A stretch of DNA of 32,000 nt from Methanothermobacter sp. (GCF_049720995.1 NZ_JBNASF010000001.1:89401-121400); one strand, 5' to 3'. Counted from the stretch's first letter, positions 17,448-26,081 are shown. The notes: a model not told the origin generated them from the letters alone. Made by a program: numbers and translations.

Positions 17448-18513
17448 TTTCAGGGTAACACCTCCAGAGGACGTACAGAATTGATATGAGAGAAATCATA
17501 TAGAATAACCAGACCACAAGGTCTGTTGGACCTGTTTCAATCCAGATTATCGTATGAGCCAGAATTATTGAGTAAAGACCTGTGAAGATACCATTCACTG
17601 CCATCTGAATCCTGTGAATGAATCCAAGAATCAGACCCAGCATGAACATCTGGATAAGCATTGCAGGAAGCCCGAAGTCCAGGAGAGGGGGTCCAAATAT
17701 GAGTGATGTTGTTGAGTGCCTGTAGCCGAGCACCGCCTCACCGACGATTGCCCGTGGATCGGTTGAGTGCAGATATCCTGTCAGGGTATAATAGAGGAGT
17801 TTACCGCCGGTTGCCCCCTGGTGTTCCAGAAGTCTGTCAAATACCATGAGGGTGTATCCTGCCCTGTAGAGGAGAAGTTCCAGTGGATTGAGGGTCCATG
17901 TCTGCCATTCGATTGATTTAACAGCAATGTAACCAACCGCTACTGTCACAATGGCCAGAGCTGAGATTAGAAGGCCTATCTCACGGGGGGATGGCCTCGC
18001 AGAGTAGTAGATGGTTATGATGCCGCTCAGCAGTATAACAACAACTGTTGTCCTGTACCCTGTGAGGGCGAAGAGTGTGGCGCCAAGTACAAGTGGAATA
18101 CAGTGCATCCTCCTGGGATAAGCTGCAAGAAGCATATTAACCGAGGGGAGGAATATGATGTATGAGAGAAGCCATATCTTCGTAACCGCCCTTGCCTTGA
18201 GGTGACCGCTTAGGAGTGGAATTCCCCCAAGCAGATAGAGGTTCAGTACCTGTAGGAGGATTCCTGTGGTGACAAGAAGGATCAGGAGCGTTTCACGGGG
18301 ATTCGCTGGACTAAAAGGTTTTTCTGTTCGTATCATTCCAGATATGTGTGCTCCAAGGATGAATATACCTGCACCCAGGGCTATATAGAGAATTGAATCT
18401 CCTGATGGAAATTTAAGGCCCCTGATGCCCATCAGTGTCCCTGAAAGGGCAAGTACAAGGTATATGAGTAGTGCTATAATGACAGAATAGGGGGAGAATA
18501 TATCAAACCTCAT
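17431..18513 (-). CDS. 10-TM membrane protein, Wzy / oligosaccharide-repeat-unit-polymerase-like
   Basis: ATG 18513 (MRFDIFSPYSV..) lies 1 nt after the upstream stop. The layout is 7 TM helices, an approximately 85-aa loop (KSIEWQTWTLNPLE...PPLLDFG), then 3 TM helices. The family assignment rests on topology and general resemblance only. Confidence 0.45.
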   Translation of the reverse strand: MRFDIFSPYSVIIALLIYLVLALSGTLMGIRGLKFPSGDSILYIALGAGIFILGAHISGMIRTEKPFSPANPRETLLILLVTTGILLQVLNLYLLGGIPLLSGHLKARAVTKIWLLSYIIFLPSVNMLLAAYPRRMHCIPLVLGATLFALTGYRTTVVVILLSGIITIYYSARPSPREIGLLISALAIVTVAVGYIAVKSIEWQTWTLNPLELLLYRAGYTLMVFDRLLEHQGATGGKLLYYTLTGYLHSTDPRAIVGEAVLGYRHSTTSLIFGPPLLDFGLPAMLIQMFMLGLILGFIHRIQMAVNGIFTGLYSIILAHTIIWIETGPTDLVVWLFYMISLISILYVLWRCYPESGSCS

Positions 18514-18514
18514 C

Positions 18515-19858
18515 CTAGAGCTCCCATGCATTCCTTGTGAAGTTTGCAGCAAAGGAGGGGCATGATGCTGCGTGTATGTGCACGTAACTTGCAAGGGCCG
18601 ATTTGGAGGTTATTCCATCCATGGAATCCATTATACCCCTGCCCCTCAGCAACCTGAAGGCAAACCGCGCATCTCCGGTGACTGGGACCCTTGAGTAGTG
18701 GAACTCATGTCCCCTGAACACATCCCCCTCCCCTGTTATCAGGTTGTCAGAGACCGCCTCAGAGATCACGTAGCTCAGTCCCTGGACATTTTTCGTCATC
18801 TCAGCACTGTATGGGAACACACCACACATCTCACTCCCATCAATGGACCTCATCAGGTACATAAGGCCCCCACATTCCCCAAAGATGGGTCTGCCGTCTG
18901 CGTGAAACTTCCTCACTGACATCCTCATGGATCTGTTGGATTCGAGTTCCTCTGCAAATACCTCGGGGTAGCCACCCCCCATGTATACCGCGTCAACATC
19001 AGGCAGCTCCTCATCATGGAGGGGGCTGAAATAGACAACTGATGCCCCATTATCCTCAAGGGCCTCTATGTTCTCCCTGTAATAAAAGTTAAAGGCCTCA
19101 TCAAATGCCACCCCTATTTTAACCTTCCTTTTATTCTCTCTCTGCCAGAGGGGTTCCCTGTCTCCATCAATTTTCCCTGCAGATGCCATTATATCCTCAA
19201 GGGCCTCAAGGTCCAGGTACTCCTCCATTGCACTGCCCCATTTCTCAATGTAGGATGCTATCTGTTCCCTTTCAACAGCAGGTACAAGTCCAAGGTGCCT
19301 CTGCTCAACCTCCAGTTCTGCACTCCTTGGTATTCCCCCCACAACCTCAGTGCCTGTGAGTTCCTCCACGGCCTCCTTTGTCTTGAGGTAGTGTCTTCTG
19401 TTCTTAACCTGGTTCAGAATAACCCCCCTGATTTTAACCTCAGGGTCAAGGGATCTGAAACCAAGTACCATGGCCGCCGCGCTTTTAACAAGGCTTCTTG
19501 AATTTATTATGAGAACCACGGGGGCTTTAAGGGCCTTTGCAACTGAAGCTGTGCTTCCAGTATCTCCAGTTGCGCTTATACCCTCATATAAGCCCCTAAC
19601 ACCCTCTATTATTCCCATTCTGGCTCCTGATATTTCCATTGCCCTCGTGAAGGCCTCCCTTATCTGGGCATCTGTCATGAAGAATGAGTCAAGGTTCCTT
19701 GAGATGTTTCCTGTTGCCATGGTGTGATAGGAGGGGTCTATGTAGTCCGGCCCCACCTTGAAGGGCTGAATGCCCCTATCTGAGAGTGCCCTCATTAGCC
19801 CTGTTGCTATGGTGGTCTTGCCAACTGCGCTCCCTGTCCCTGCAAGTACAAGTCTCAT
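18515..19858 (-). CDS. CbiA-family a,c-diamide synthase (cobyrinate or Ni-sirohydrochlorin a,c-diamide synthase, CbiA/CfbB)
   Basis: The P-loop reads ..[21 protein letters not shown].., followed by ..[10 protein letters not shown]... The C-terminal glutamine amidotransferase domain reads ..[11 protein letters not shown].. ..GHEFHYS... I cannot separate CbiA from CfbB by eye. Confidence 0.85.
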   Translation of the reverse strand: MRLVLAGTGSAVGKTTIATGLMRALSDRGIQPFKVGPDYIDPSYHTMATGNISRNLDSFFMTDAQIREAFTRAMEISGARMGIIEGVRGLYEGISATGDTGSTASVAKALKAPVVLIINSRSLVKSAAAMVLGFRSLDPEVKIRGVILNQVKNRRHYLKTKEAVEELTGTEVVGGIPRSAELEVEQRHLGLVPAVEREQIASYIEKWGSAMEEYLDLEALEDIMASAGKIDGDREPLWQRENKRKVKIGVAFDEAFNFYYRENIEALEDNGASVVYFSPLHDEELPDVDAVYMGGGYPEVFAEELESNRSMRMSVRKFHADGRPIFGECGGLMYLMRSIDGSEMCGVFPYSAEMTKNVQGLSYVISEAVSDNLITGEGDVFRGHEFHYSRVPVTGDARFAFRLLRGRGIMDSMDGITSKSALASYVHIHAASCPSFAANFTRNAWEL

Positions 19859-19924
19859 ATATGAAACTCGATGCTACATTTATTTAAATTTTGGTGGATC
19901 GCAGCTTCTTAGGTTTCCCGGAAT

Positions 19925-19931
19925 AAAAAAA
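19925..19931 (-). terminator. T7 tract downstream of the 19956.. gene
   Basis: The minus strand reads CCTTTTTTTATTCC about 25 nt after the stop codon. Oligo-T is the archaeal termination signal. Confidence 0.5.
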
Positions 19932-19955
19932 GGATTTGTCAGAAATAATTGGGTT

Positions 19956-20441
19956 TCATCTTAGAAGGTATCTTGCCCTTGATGTATGTGACTTTCCATG
20001 AACAAGGCAGAAGTCGGCGTCGCATCTACTGCAGAACCACATCCCCTCAGGACATGTGGAGCCCTCCTCATACCTCAGTGTTCCATGACTGCCACAGAAT
20101 GGGCAGTAATTCCTGAATCGTGACTTATGCTCTCTGTAATCCCCGTGGAGTGAACATGAACACCTTCCACTGGCCTCAACGTAATACGGGGTTACGGTGT
20201 GGAATGATGCTCCCACATCCCTTGATGTGCGTCTGTAGGCCCTGACATGTTTCCTTTTGAGGACTCTCTTTTTATAGTATGCCTTTGTATTGATTTTGGT
20301 GTACTTCTTATGATACTTCTTCGCATCCACCTTCATGGGTTTAGCGCTGATTTCAGTTCCTCCATCCTCCGCCTCAGAAGCGGTTATGCCCGCTGCAGCT
20401 ATGGAGAATAGAAATAAAGATGCAATAAAAAGTCGCTTAAT
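19956..20441 (-). CDS. Secreted small basic / 8-Cys zinc-ribbon-like protein, family not recognised (start probably ATT 20441; minimal model starts at ATG 20336)
   Basis: The in-frame open stretch upstream of the ATG encodes (I/M)KRLFIASLFLFSIAAAGITASEA, a signal-peptide-like segment, with GGAGG 7 nt before ATT. The mature part is KKYHKKYTKINTKAYYKKRVLKRKHVRAYRR.. followed by CSC..CPFC..CPEGMWFCSRC..DFC. Confidence 0.5.
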   Translation of the reverse strand: MKRLFIASLFLFSIAAAGITASEAEDGGTEISAKPMKVDAKKYHKKYTKINTKAYYKKRVLKRKHVRAYRRTSRDVGASFHTVTPYYVEASGRCSCSLHGDYREHKSRFRNYCPFCGSHGTLRYEEGSTCPEGMWFCSRCDADFCLVHGKSHTSRARYLLR

Positions 20442-20560
20442 TTTACCGCCTCCAATCCAGAAAGATTATTTACTGTTCCCTCTGGATGTGAGGAATATAA
20501 CTGTGACCTCATATATAAATATTTTGCCTCAGAATTGAAAAATAAGACGTTTAAGAACTC

Positions 20561-20714
20561 TTTTTTTCAATCAGAGCCTTCTAATTACTTTTTAAAAATT
20601 GAAGTGATGGGTGTGATCTTTTAATTTCTTCTTTAAATCACTGTGACACTACAGTTTCCTTTTTTCAAAAAAAGAGCCCTATTAAACCGTTTTTTAAATC
20701 GAATGCTCTGATGG
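20561..20714. repeat. Two imperfect copies of a roughly 50-55 nt unit in a 520-bp AT-rich intergenic region
   Basis: Copy A (20561-20610) and copy B (20660-20714) share ordered blocks: T6-7CAA, AGAGCC, T5-6AAA, TGATGG. Confidence 0.45.
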
Positions 20715-20963
20715 TTTATTTAAGGGGGTGCAGAGGCGCCATTCTGAGAGGATCAACCGGGTTAAAAAACACCCGTATTTATATAAGGACATGAAACAGA
20801 TGATTTGAAATTTTAAACTTTTCTGATAATTTATAATCTAATTTAAGTCGATTTAATGTCTTAAAATCAATTATAATCCTTTCAGATCATCCATTCCATC
20901 TCCATCCAATCACTGCAGATTCCACAAGGCCCTGATAAAATTAGTTATAGAACCACAGACATA

Positions 20964-22079
20964 TTGTTCTACATGAGTCTTGCTGAAAGGGTCCAGGTTC
21001 TGAGTGACAGTGCCCAGTTTGACCTCTGCGACCAGAGTGCAGACCCCTCCCAGCGGAACCCATCGGTGCCTGGTATCTACTACACAAGTTACCGGGGCTG
21101 CAGGGTGCCCCTCTTTAAGGTTCTGCTCACCAACAGGTGCTGTAATGACTGCAGGTACTGTATAAACAGAGCAGAGAAAGAGCCTGTTGAACTGAAGCCT
21201 GAGGAAATTGCAGGAATATTCCTTGAGTACTATGAGAGGCGCTATGTTGATGGACTCTTCCTCAGCTCCGGTGTGAGCAGGGACCCTGATGAAACCATGG
21301 AGAAGCTCCTGGAGACACTCAGAATCCTGAGACTTGAGGGTTATGGTGGCTACATACACCTCAAGATCATACCGGGCTCATCCATGGACACTGTAAGGAG
21401 GGCCATGGAACTTGCAAGTAGGGTGAGCATCAACCTTGAGACCGCGACCAGGGATGGTCTTGATGAACTTTCATCCACCAAGGACTACAGTGTTGACATC
21501 CTGCGAAGAATGAGGTGGATCAGCAGGTTCAAAAAGAGACACCCTGAACTTGCACCCTCAGGTCAGAGTACCCAGCTGATGGTTGGGGCTGTTGATGAAA
21601 CAGATGAGGATATTGTTAAACGTGTTAAGTGGATCTACGATAGATACTCCCTGAAGAGGGTGTACTTCAGTGGTTTTCAGCCCATTGAAGGCACCGAACT
21701 GGAGAAACGTGCGGAGGCAGATCCCCTGCGTGTCTTCAGACTCTATCAGGCAGACTCCCTTCTGAAGTCCTATGATTTCAGTGTTGATGAGCTGAGGTTC
21801 AGTGGTGGTTACCTGGACACCTCTGTGGATCCAAAGTACGCCGCAGCCATGGAGATGGATATCTTCCCCGTGGACCTCAGGAGTGCCCCCTATCATGAAC
21901 TCATCAGGGTTCCTGGAATAGGACCAAGGTCAGCCAGAAAAATAATTGAACTAAGGAAAAATGTTAACCTCACCCCTGATCTCCTTAAGGGAATGGGAGT
22001 GAGGCTGGGGAGGGCCGAGCCCTTCATATACCTTGACGGATCCCAGACAACCCTCAGCAGCTGGAATGGTAAGGATTGA
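20964..22079 (+). CDS. Radical SAM protein with C-terminal helix-hairpin-helix (putative DNA modification/repair radical SAM family)
   Basis: ..LTNRCCNDCRYCIN.. is a CX3CX2C motif. The N-terminus reads ..LSDSAQFDLCDQS.., and the C-terminal HhH reads ..LIRVPGIGPRSARKIIELR... Confidence 0.75.
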   Translation: MFYMSLAERVQVLSDSAQFDLCDQSADPSQRNPSVPGIYYTSYRGCRVPLFKVLLTNRCCNDCRYCINRAEKEPVELKPEEIAGIFLEYYERRYVDGLFLSSGVSRDPDETMEKLLETLRILRLEGYGGYIHLKIIPGSSMDTVRRAMELASRVSINLETATRDGLDELSSTKDYSVDILRRMRWISRFKKRHPELAPSGQSTQLMVGAVDETDEDIVKRVKWIYDRYSLKRVYFSGFQPIEGTELEKRAEADPLRVFRLYQADSLLKSYDFSVDELRFSGGYLDTSVDPKYAAAMEMDIFPVDLRSAPYHELIRVPGIGPRSARKIIELRKNVNLTPDLLKGMGVRLGRAEPFIYLDGSQTTLSSWNGKD

Positions 22080-22097
22080 CTCACTGTAGGGATTAAC

Positions 22098-22397
22098 TCA
22101 CTGTAGTTCAGAGAACATTTCCCATATTTCAGGGTACTTCTCCTTCACCGCCCTTTCTATGAGGTCCGATGCCTCCCTGCTTATGCTGAACTCTGGCTGT
22201 GTCTTTTTCAGGTACCTGAGGACAGCTGCAGACCTTGCAGACCAGAGTGTTATGCGGGGGTTACGTTTAACCTCCCTTATAACAGCCTCAACCTGCACAT
22301 CCACAGGTGCCGTGTCTGCAGTCTCCTTCACTTCCTTCCTTGTCCTTGACTGGATGAGTGCATCGAGTCCCATTCCAAGGCCCTTCTTCTGTGTCAT
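22098..22397 (-). CDS. Small ParA-partner protein: ParB-type N-terminal peptide plus ribbon-helix-helix-like domain (SegB/ParG-like centromere-binding candidate)
   Basis: The N-terminus MTQKKGLGMGLDALI matches the (K/R)GLG+GL.AL motif at ParB/Spo0J N-termini. ..PRITLWSARSAAVLRYLKKTQPEFSISREASDLIERAV.. fits a strand-helix-turn-helix RHH pattern. The start lies 4 nt after the ParA stop. Confidence 0.55.
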   Translation of the reverse strand: MTQKKGLGMGLDALIQSRTRKEVKETADTAPVDVQVEAVIREVKRNPRITLWSARSAAVLRYLKKTQPEFSISREASDLIERAVKEKYPEIWEMFSELQ

Positions 22398-22401
22398 GAT
22401 A

Positions 22402-23169
22402 TCACTCCATGTCCAGTATTTCGGCTGCGAGTTTCATGTAGGCCCCTGTACCTGTGCTCTCAGGGTCATAGGTGATGCATGGTTTCCCATGGCTGGGGGC
22501 CTCTGCAAGGCGTACATTTCGCGGTATCCTTGTTCTGAAGATGTTCTCCCTTTCACCGAAGAACCTTTCAACCTCCCTCTGCACGTCCCTTGCAAGGCGT
22601 GTTCTCGAGTCGTAGAGGGTTATGAGTATCCCCTTTATGGGGCAGGGGCTCTGGAGACGTTCCTCAACAAGGTTCATTGTCCTGAGAAGGTCGGCCATCC
22701 CCTCGAGGGCATAGTACTCTGCCTGTATTGGTATTATGACGCTGTCGGATGCCACCAGGGCATTGAGTGTGAGTATCCCCAGTGAGGGCGGGGCGTCTAT
22801 GAATATGTAGTCGAATTCATCCCGGACGTCCCCCAGAGCCTCCTTGAGGATTGCATGGTAGCCTATCTCGCTGCTGAGTTCTATCTCTGCACCGCTCAGC
22901 GATATGTTGCTTGGTGCAAGGTATAGGTCCTGGAGTTCTGCGGGCAGTATCACATCCCTGAGGTCTGCCTTTCTGCTGAGTACGGTGTAGATGGTTGAGT
23001 CCAGTTCAGATTTATTCACACCGAACCCTGTTGTTGCGTTGCCCTGGGGGTCCATGTCAACCACCAGCACCCTCCTCTCAAGGAGTGAAAGGGCTGCTGA
23101 GAGGTTCACTGCCGTTGTTGTCTTGCCACAGCCCCCCTTCTGGTTTATGATTGAAATTATCTCTCCCAT
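22402..23169 (-). CDS. ParA/Soj-type (SegA-like) Walker ATPase
   Basis: MGEIISIINQKGGCGKTTTAVNLSAAL is a deviant Walker A, with ..VLVVDMDPQGN.. and ..YIFIDAPPSLG.. also present. GGTGAT-tca-ATG at 23169 is preferred over the track's GTG at 23202. Confidence 0.85.
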   Translation of the reverse strand: MGEIISIINQKGGCGKTTTAVNLSAALSLLERRVLVVDMDPQGNATTGFGVNKSELDSTIYTVLSRKADLRDVILPAELQDLYLAPSNISLSGAEIELSSEIGYHAILKEALGDVRDEFDYIFIDAPPSLGILTLNALVASDSVIIPIQAEYYALEGMADLLRTMNLVEERLQSPCPIKGILITLYDSRTRLARDVQREVERFFGERENIFRTRIPRNVRLAEAPSHGKPCITYDPESTGTGAYMKLAAEILDME

Positions 23170-23237
23170 TGAATCACCATCAGACTGATTTAGGATGATC
23201 ACTTGGAACTTAGAATTTAGAACTTATAAATTATATC

Positions 23238-23257
23238 TTATAAGTTATAACTTATAA
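23238..23257. promoter_or_regulatory. Perfect 20-bp palindrome upstream of the parA/segA-like gene (candidate operator/centromere-like site)
   Basis: TTATAAGTTA|TAACTTATAA is fully self-complementary. It is embedded in four copies of (A/T)ACTTA(T/G)AA spaced about 14 bp apart across 23206-23257. Confidence 0.4.
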
Positions 23258-23278
23258 TAAAACGTGTTAAAAAAATTT

Positions 23279-25096
23279 TTAGAAGTTGATTCTCTCTGAA
23301 AGTCTGGCCGGGAGGGGAAGTCTCCTGAAGGGCATTCCCTGGGTCTCTGATCTGACGAGTTCAATGAGCTCATTGAGATCCATCTGAACCTTTTCACCGG
23401 TGCTTCTGATGTTAACAGTGAGTTTGCCCTCAAGTTCGCTGTCACCCACAACCACCACGTAGGGTACCCAGTCCTGGGCAGCGTTCCTTATCTTCTTACC
23501 AAGGGTCTCTGCTCTGTCGTCAAGGTCCGCCCTCACATCATTTGCCGTCATCTCTGATACAAGGGACTCTGCAAATTCAAGGTGGCGCTCGGCAATGGGA
23601 AGCACCCGTACCTGTGTCGGTGAAAGCCACACAGGTAGCATGGGTGGTTTTTCATCCATCTCAATGGCCGTCTTTTCAAGCAAGCTGCATATAACCCTTT
23701 CTATGCTCCCTGTTGGGCTGCAGTGGAGGATTATGGGGTTCATCTCCTCCTCATCACTGTTAACATAGGTTATACCAAATCTTTCACCGCTTTCAACATC
23801 TATCTGCACCGTTGGGTTCTCTATTGGCCTTCCAAGGTAATCTATGGCTGCGAAGTCCATCTTGGCAATCCAGTAGTGCTTCCTTGATGGTAGAAGTTCA
23901 AGGAGTATCGGTTTCCCTATCCTATCCGCCACTGAGTGCACCCACTCAGAGTAATTCTCATAGAAATCCCTGGTGGCTCTGAATATAACCTCATAGTTCA
24001 CCTGGAGGTCATCGCCTGTCTTCATGCACATCTCCACCTGACCTGCAAACTCATTGAGGGCCTGTTCAAGGTCGGCGCATACCGTGTGAAGGTCGGGCAT
24101 TGTAAAGCCCCTGAGCCTTTTGAGGCCAACCACCTCACCCTTCTTCTCAAGCCTGAAGCTGTAGGTGGAGAGTTCATATATTGATGCTGGAAGATTTTTC
24201 CACGTGAGAAACGAATCTGAAAGTATCCTGAAGGCCCCGAAACAGCATGCATATCGCAGCATGAGCTCCTTCTTGTTCCTCATCCTGTACTGCCTTTCAC
24301 CGAATTTCTCTGCATGGACCCTTATGGCCTCGTCCTCAAGGTCGTACATTATGGGGGTCTCAACCGGCATTGCCCCCTCACTGGTTACGAGCATGTAAAC
24401 GTAGTCTGCAAGAAGATCCCTTATCAGCCTTCCCCTGGGGTACCATCTGAGGTGTCCCACATCGGCTGACGGTTCATAATCCGCCAGTCCCTTCTCCCTC
24501 ATGATTCTAACGTGTGGTGGCTCCTCACCGGATGATTCAAGCTCACCCAGTTCATACTTCACAAGGTTTTCAAGGTCCCTGCTGGTGAACTCAAATTCTT
24601 CAGGTCTGATTTTCTGGCCCTTATGGAGTATGAACCACTCTGATTCCTCTGATTCCTCCTCCTCTTTTATGGGCTCCGGCCTTATGGTTCTTGAGAGCTC
24701 TGATAGTGGGTGGCCCTTGCAGGATATTCTGAATGCCTTGTACCAGCCAAAGGGGACCCTTGAGACCTCAAGTCCCCTCTCCCTCAGTGTCTCTTCCATG
24801 CCCTCAAGAACCCTGCGGGCTGTCTCAGGGGAGCTCAGTGATGAGCTGAGATGTGCATATGGGTATATAACCACATTATGAGCCTTAACATCACCAAAAA
24901 CCCTTACTATTTCATTTACCGCATTTTCAATAACCGAATCTGGGTTCTCCTCATCCTCAGCCTCCACCGCTGTGAAGACCACAAGAGACTCGGAGAAATG
25001 TCCCTGCATTTTATCTTCAGCTATTTCCTCCGCTATCCCTGTTTTGTTCTTTGTCTCGTATTCCAGGTAATCAGAGTGAATTAACAGTATCCTCAT
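23279..25096 (-). CDS. thrS: Threonyl-tRNA synthetase, archaeal type with N-terminal editing domain
   Basis: The 605-aa product has the archaeal editing domain ([19 protein letters not shown]..), a class II core (..[24 protein letters not shown]..) and a C-terminal anticodon-binding domain. The start context is GGTGAT-ggc-ATG. Confidence 0.93.
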   Translation of the reverse strand: MRILLIHSDYLEYETKNKTGIAEEIAEDKMQGHFSESLVVFTAVEAEDEENPDSVIENAVNEIVRVFGDVKAHNVVIYPYAHLSSSLSSPETARRVLEGMEETLRERGLEVSRVPFGWYKAFRISCKGHPLSELSRTIRPEPIKEEEESEESEWFILHKGQKIRPEEFEFTSRDLENLVKYELGELESSGEEPPHVRIMREKGLADYEPSADVGHLRWYPRGRLIRDLLADYVYMLVTSEGAMPVETPIMYDLEDEAIRVHAEKFGERQYRMRNKKELMLRYACCFGAFRILSDSFLTWKNLPASIYELSTYSFRLEKKGEVVGLKRLRGFTMPDLHTVCADLEQALNEFAGQVEMCMKTGDDLQVNYEVIFRATRDFYENYSEWVHSVADRIGKPILLELLPSRKHYWIAKMDFAAIDYLGRPIENPTVQIDVESGERFGITYVNSDEEEMNPIILHCSPTGSIERVICSLLEKTAIEMDEKPPMLPVWLSPTQVRVLPIAERHLEFAESLVSEMTANDVRADLDDRAETLGKKIRNAAQDWVPYVVVVGDSELEGKLTVNIRSTGEKVQMDLNELIELVRSETQGMPFRRLPLPARLSERINF

Positions 25097-25247
25097 GCCA
25101 TCACCTTGTAAGAATAATATAATGTTATTGTTTTAAGGGCGAAGGTTTTTAAATATTGCCTATCATGTACACAGTAGCTGTAAAGGAATCCACAATACTG
25201 CAGTGAGTCACTGGGAAAGATCCGCCAGATCTGCATAAATGGTGTTT

Positions 25248-25982
25248 CTAGATAGCTCCTGCCCCCCAATATGATTTCCCATACCATATGCTGTCAAATA
25301 TCCTCGAGTAATTCTCTGCTATCTCAGGGTACTGATTCCATATACCAATTGCAGTCTCAGGTATCGGTGATCCCTCAGGGGTGAACCTGGAGAATATCCA
25401 CATCATCTCAGCTGAATCCCTCACAAACATCCGAACAGGAGGCATGCTCATGACCCTCACCTCACAGGGCAGATCAAATTCTGCAGGTGCCATTATCCTT
25501 ATATCAGCACCTCTATCCACTATTCTCTCAAGTGCAGGGCGCAGCTCCCTCAGCTCACCCCTGAAGATGAATCCCATTCTCATTTTGAGTTCGGACCTGG
25601 TCCTTGATATGATCTCAAGTTCCTTCTTCATTATCTTCTCCTGTCCATGTATGAGCCATACCGGGGCCGGCACCCTCGCAACCTGGTCCTCGTAGGTCCG
25701 CTTGAGCTGGTGCATGGCCTCATCCAGTTCCTTCATTATTCTCCTCTTCTCCCTCCTGAAAACATCTGCAGGGGGAACCACATGGTACCTGAGGGGTTTG
25801 CCGCGCTCCACCTCCACAAATCCCCTGTCTGAAAGCTGCCTCAGAACCTCATAGATTCTCGACCTCGGGATTCCTGAGGCCTCAGCAGCCTCTGATGCAC
25901 CTGCAGATACCAGTGAAACCATTGCACTGTATGCAGCTGCCTGATAGTCCGTAAGTCCCATGAGTCTAAGTGCATTCCTCAC
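25248..25982 (-). CDS. TrmB-family transcriptional regulator
   Basis: The wHTH reads ..[65 protein letters not shown]... A C-terminal effector-type domain follows. GTG 25982 (GGAGAGG upstream) is preferred over the track's TTG at 26027. Confidence 0.75.
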   Translation of the reverse strand: MRNALRLMGLTDYQAAAYSAMVSLVSAGASEAAEASGIPRSRIYEVLRQLSDRGFVEVERGKPLRYHVVPPADVFRREKRRIMKELDEAMHQLKRTYEDQVARVPAPVWLIHGQEKIMKKELEIISRTRSELKMRMGFIFRGELRELRPALERIVDRGADIRIMAPAEFDLPCEVRVMSMPPVRMFVRDSAEMMWIFSRFTPEGSPIPETAIGIWNQYPEIAENYSRIFDSIWYGKSYWGAGAI

Positions 25983-26031
25983 CTTCCTCTCCAAACAGAC
26001 ACCTCTAGTGTTACATTTTATACTCAAATAG

Positions 26032-26060
26032 TGACAAAACCTATATATAATTTCCTGTCA
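26032..26060. promoter_or_regulatory. rd-hcp promoter: TATATATA box bracketed by the inverted repeat TGACA...TGTCA
   Basis: gTGACAaaacCTATATATAAtttccTGTCAa. The TATA box at 26043-26050 lies about 35 nt before ATG 26082, and the IR arms are at 26032-26036 and 26056-26060. Confidence 0.45.
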
Positions 26061-26081
26061 ATTTTTAATATGGTGATTGAA

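Noticed and set aside
20454-20963. Replication origin in the long AT-rich spacer
   Set aside because: There is no cdc6/orc1 gene adjacent, and I could not find repeated ORB-like elements flanking an unwinding region. The only repeats are the two T-run/AGAGCC/TGATGG units.
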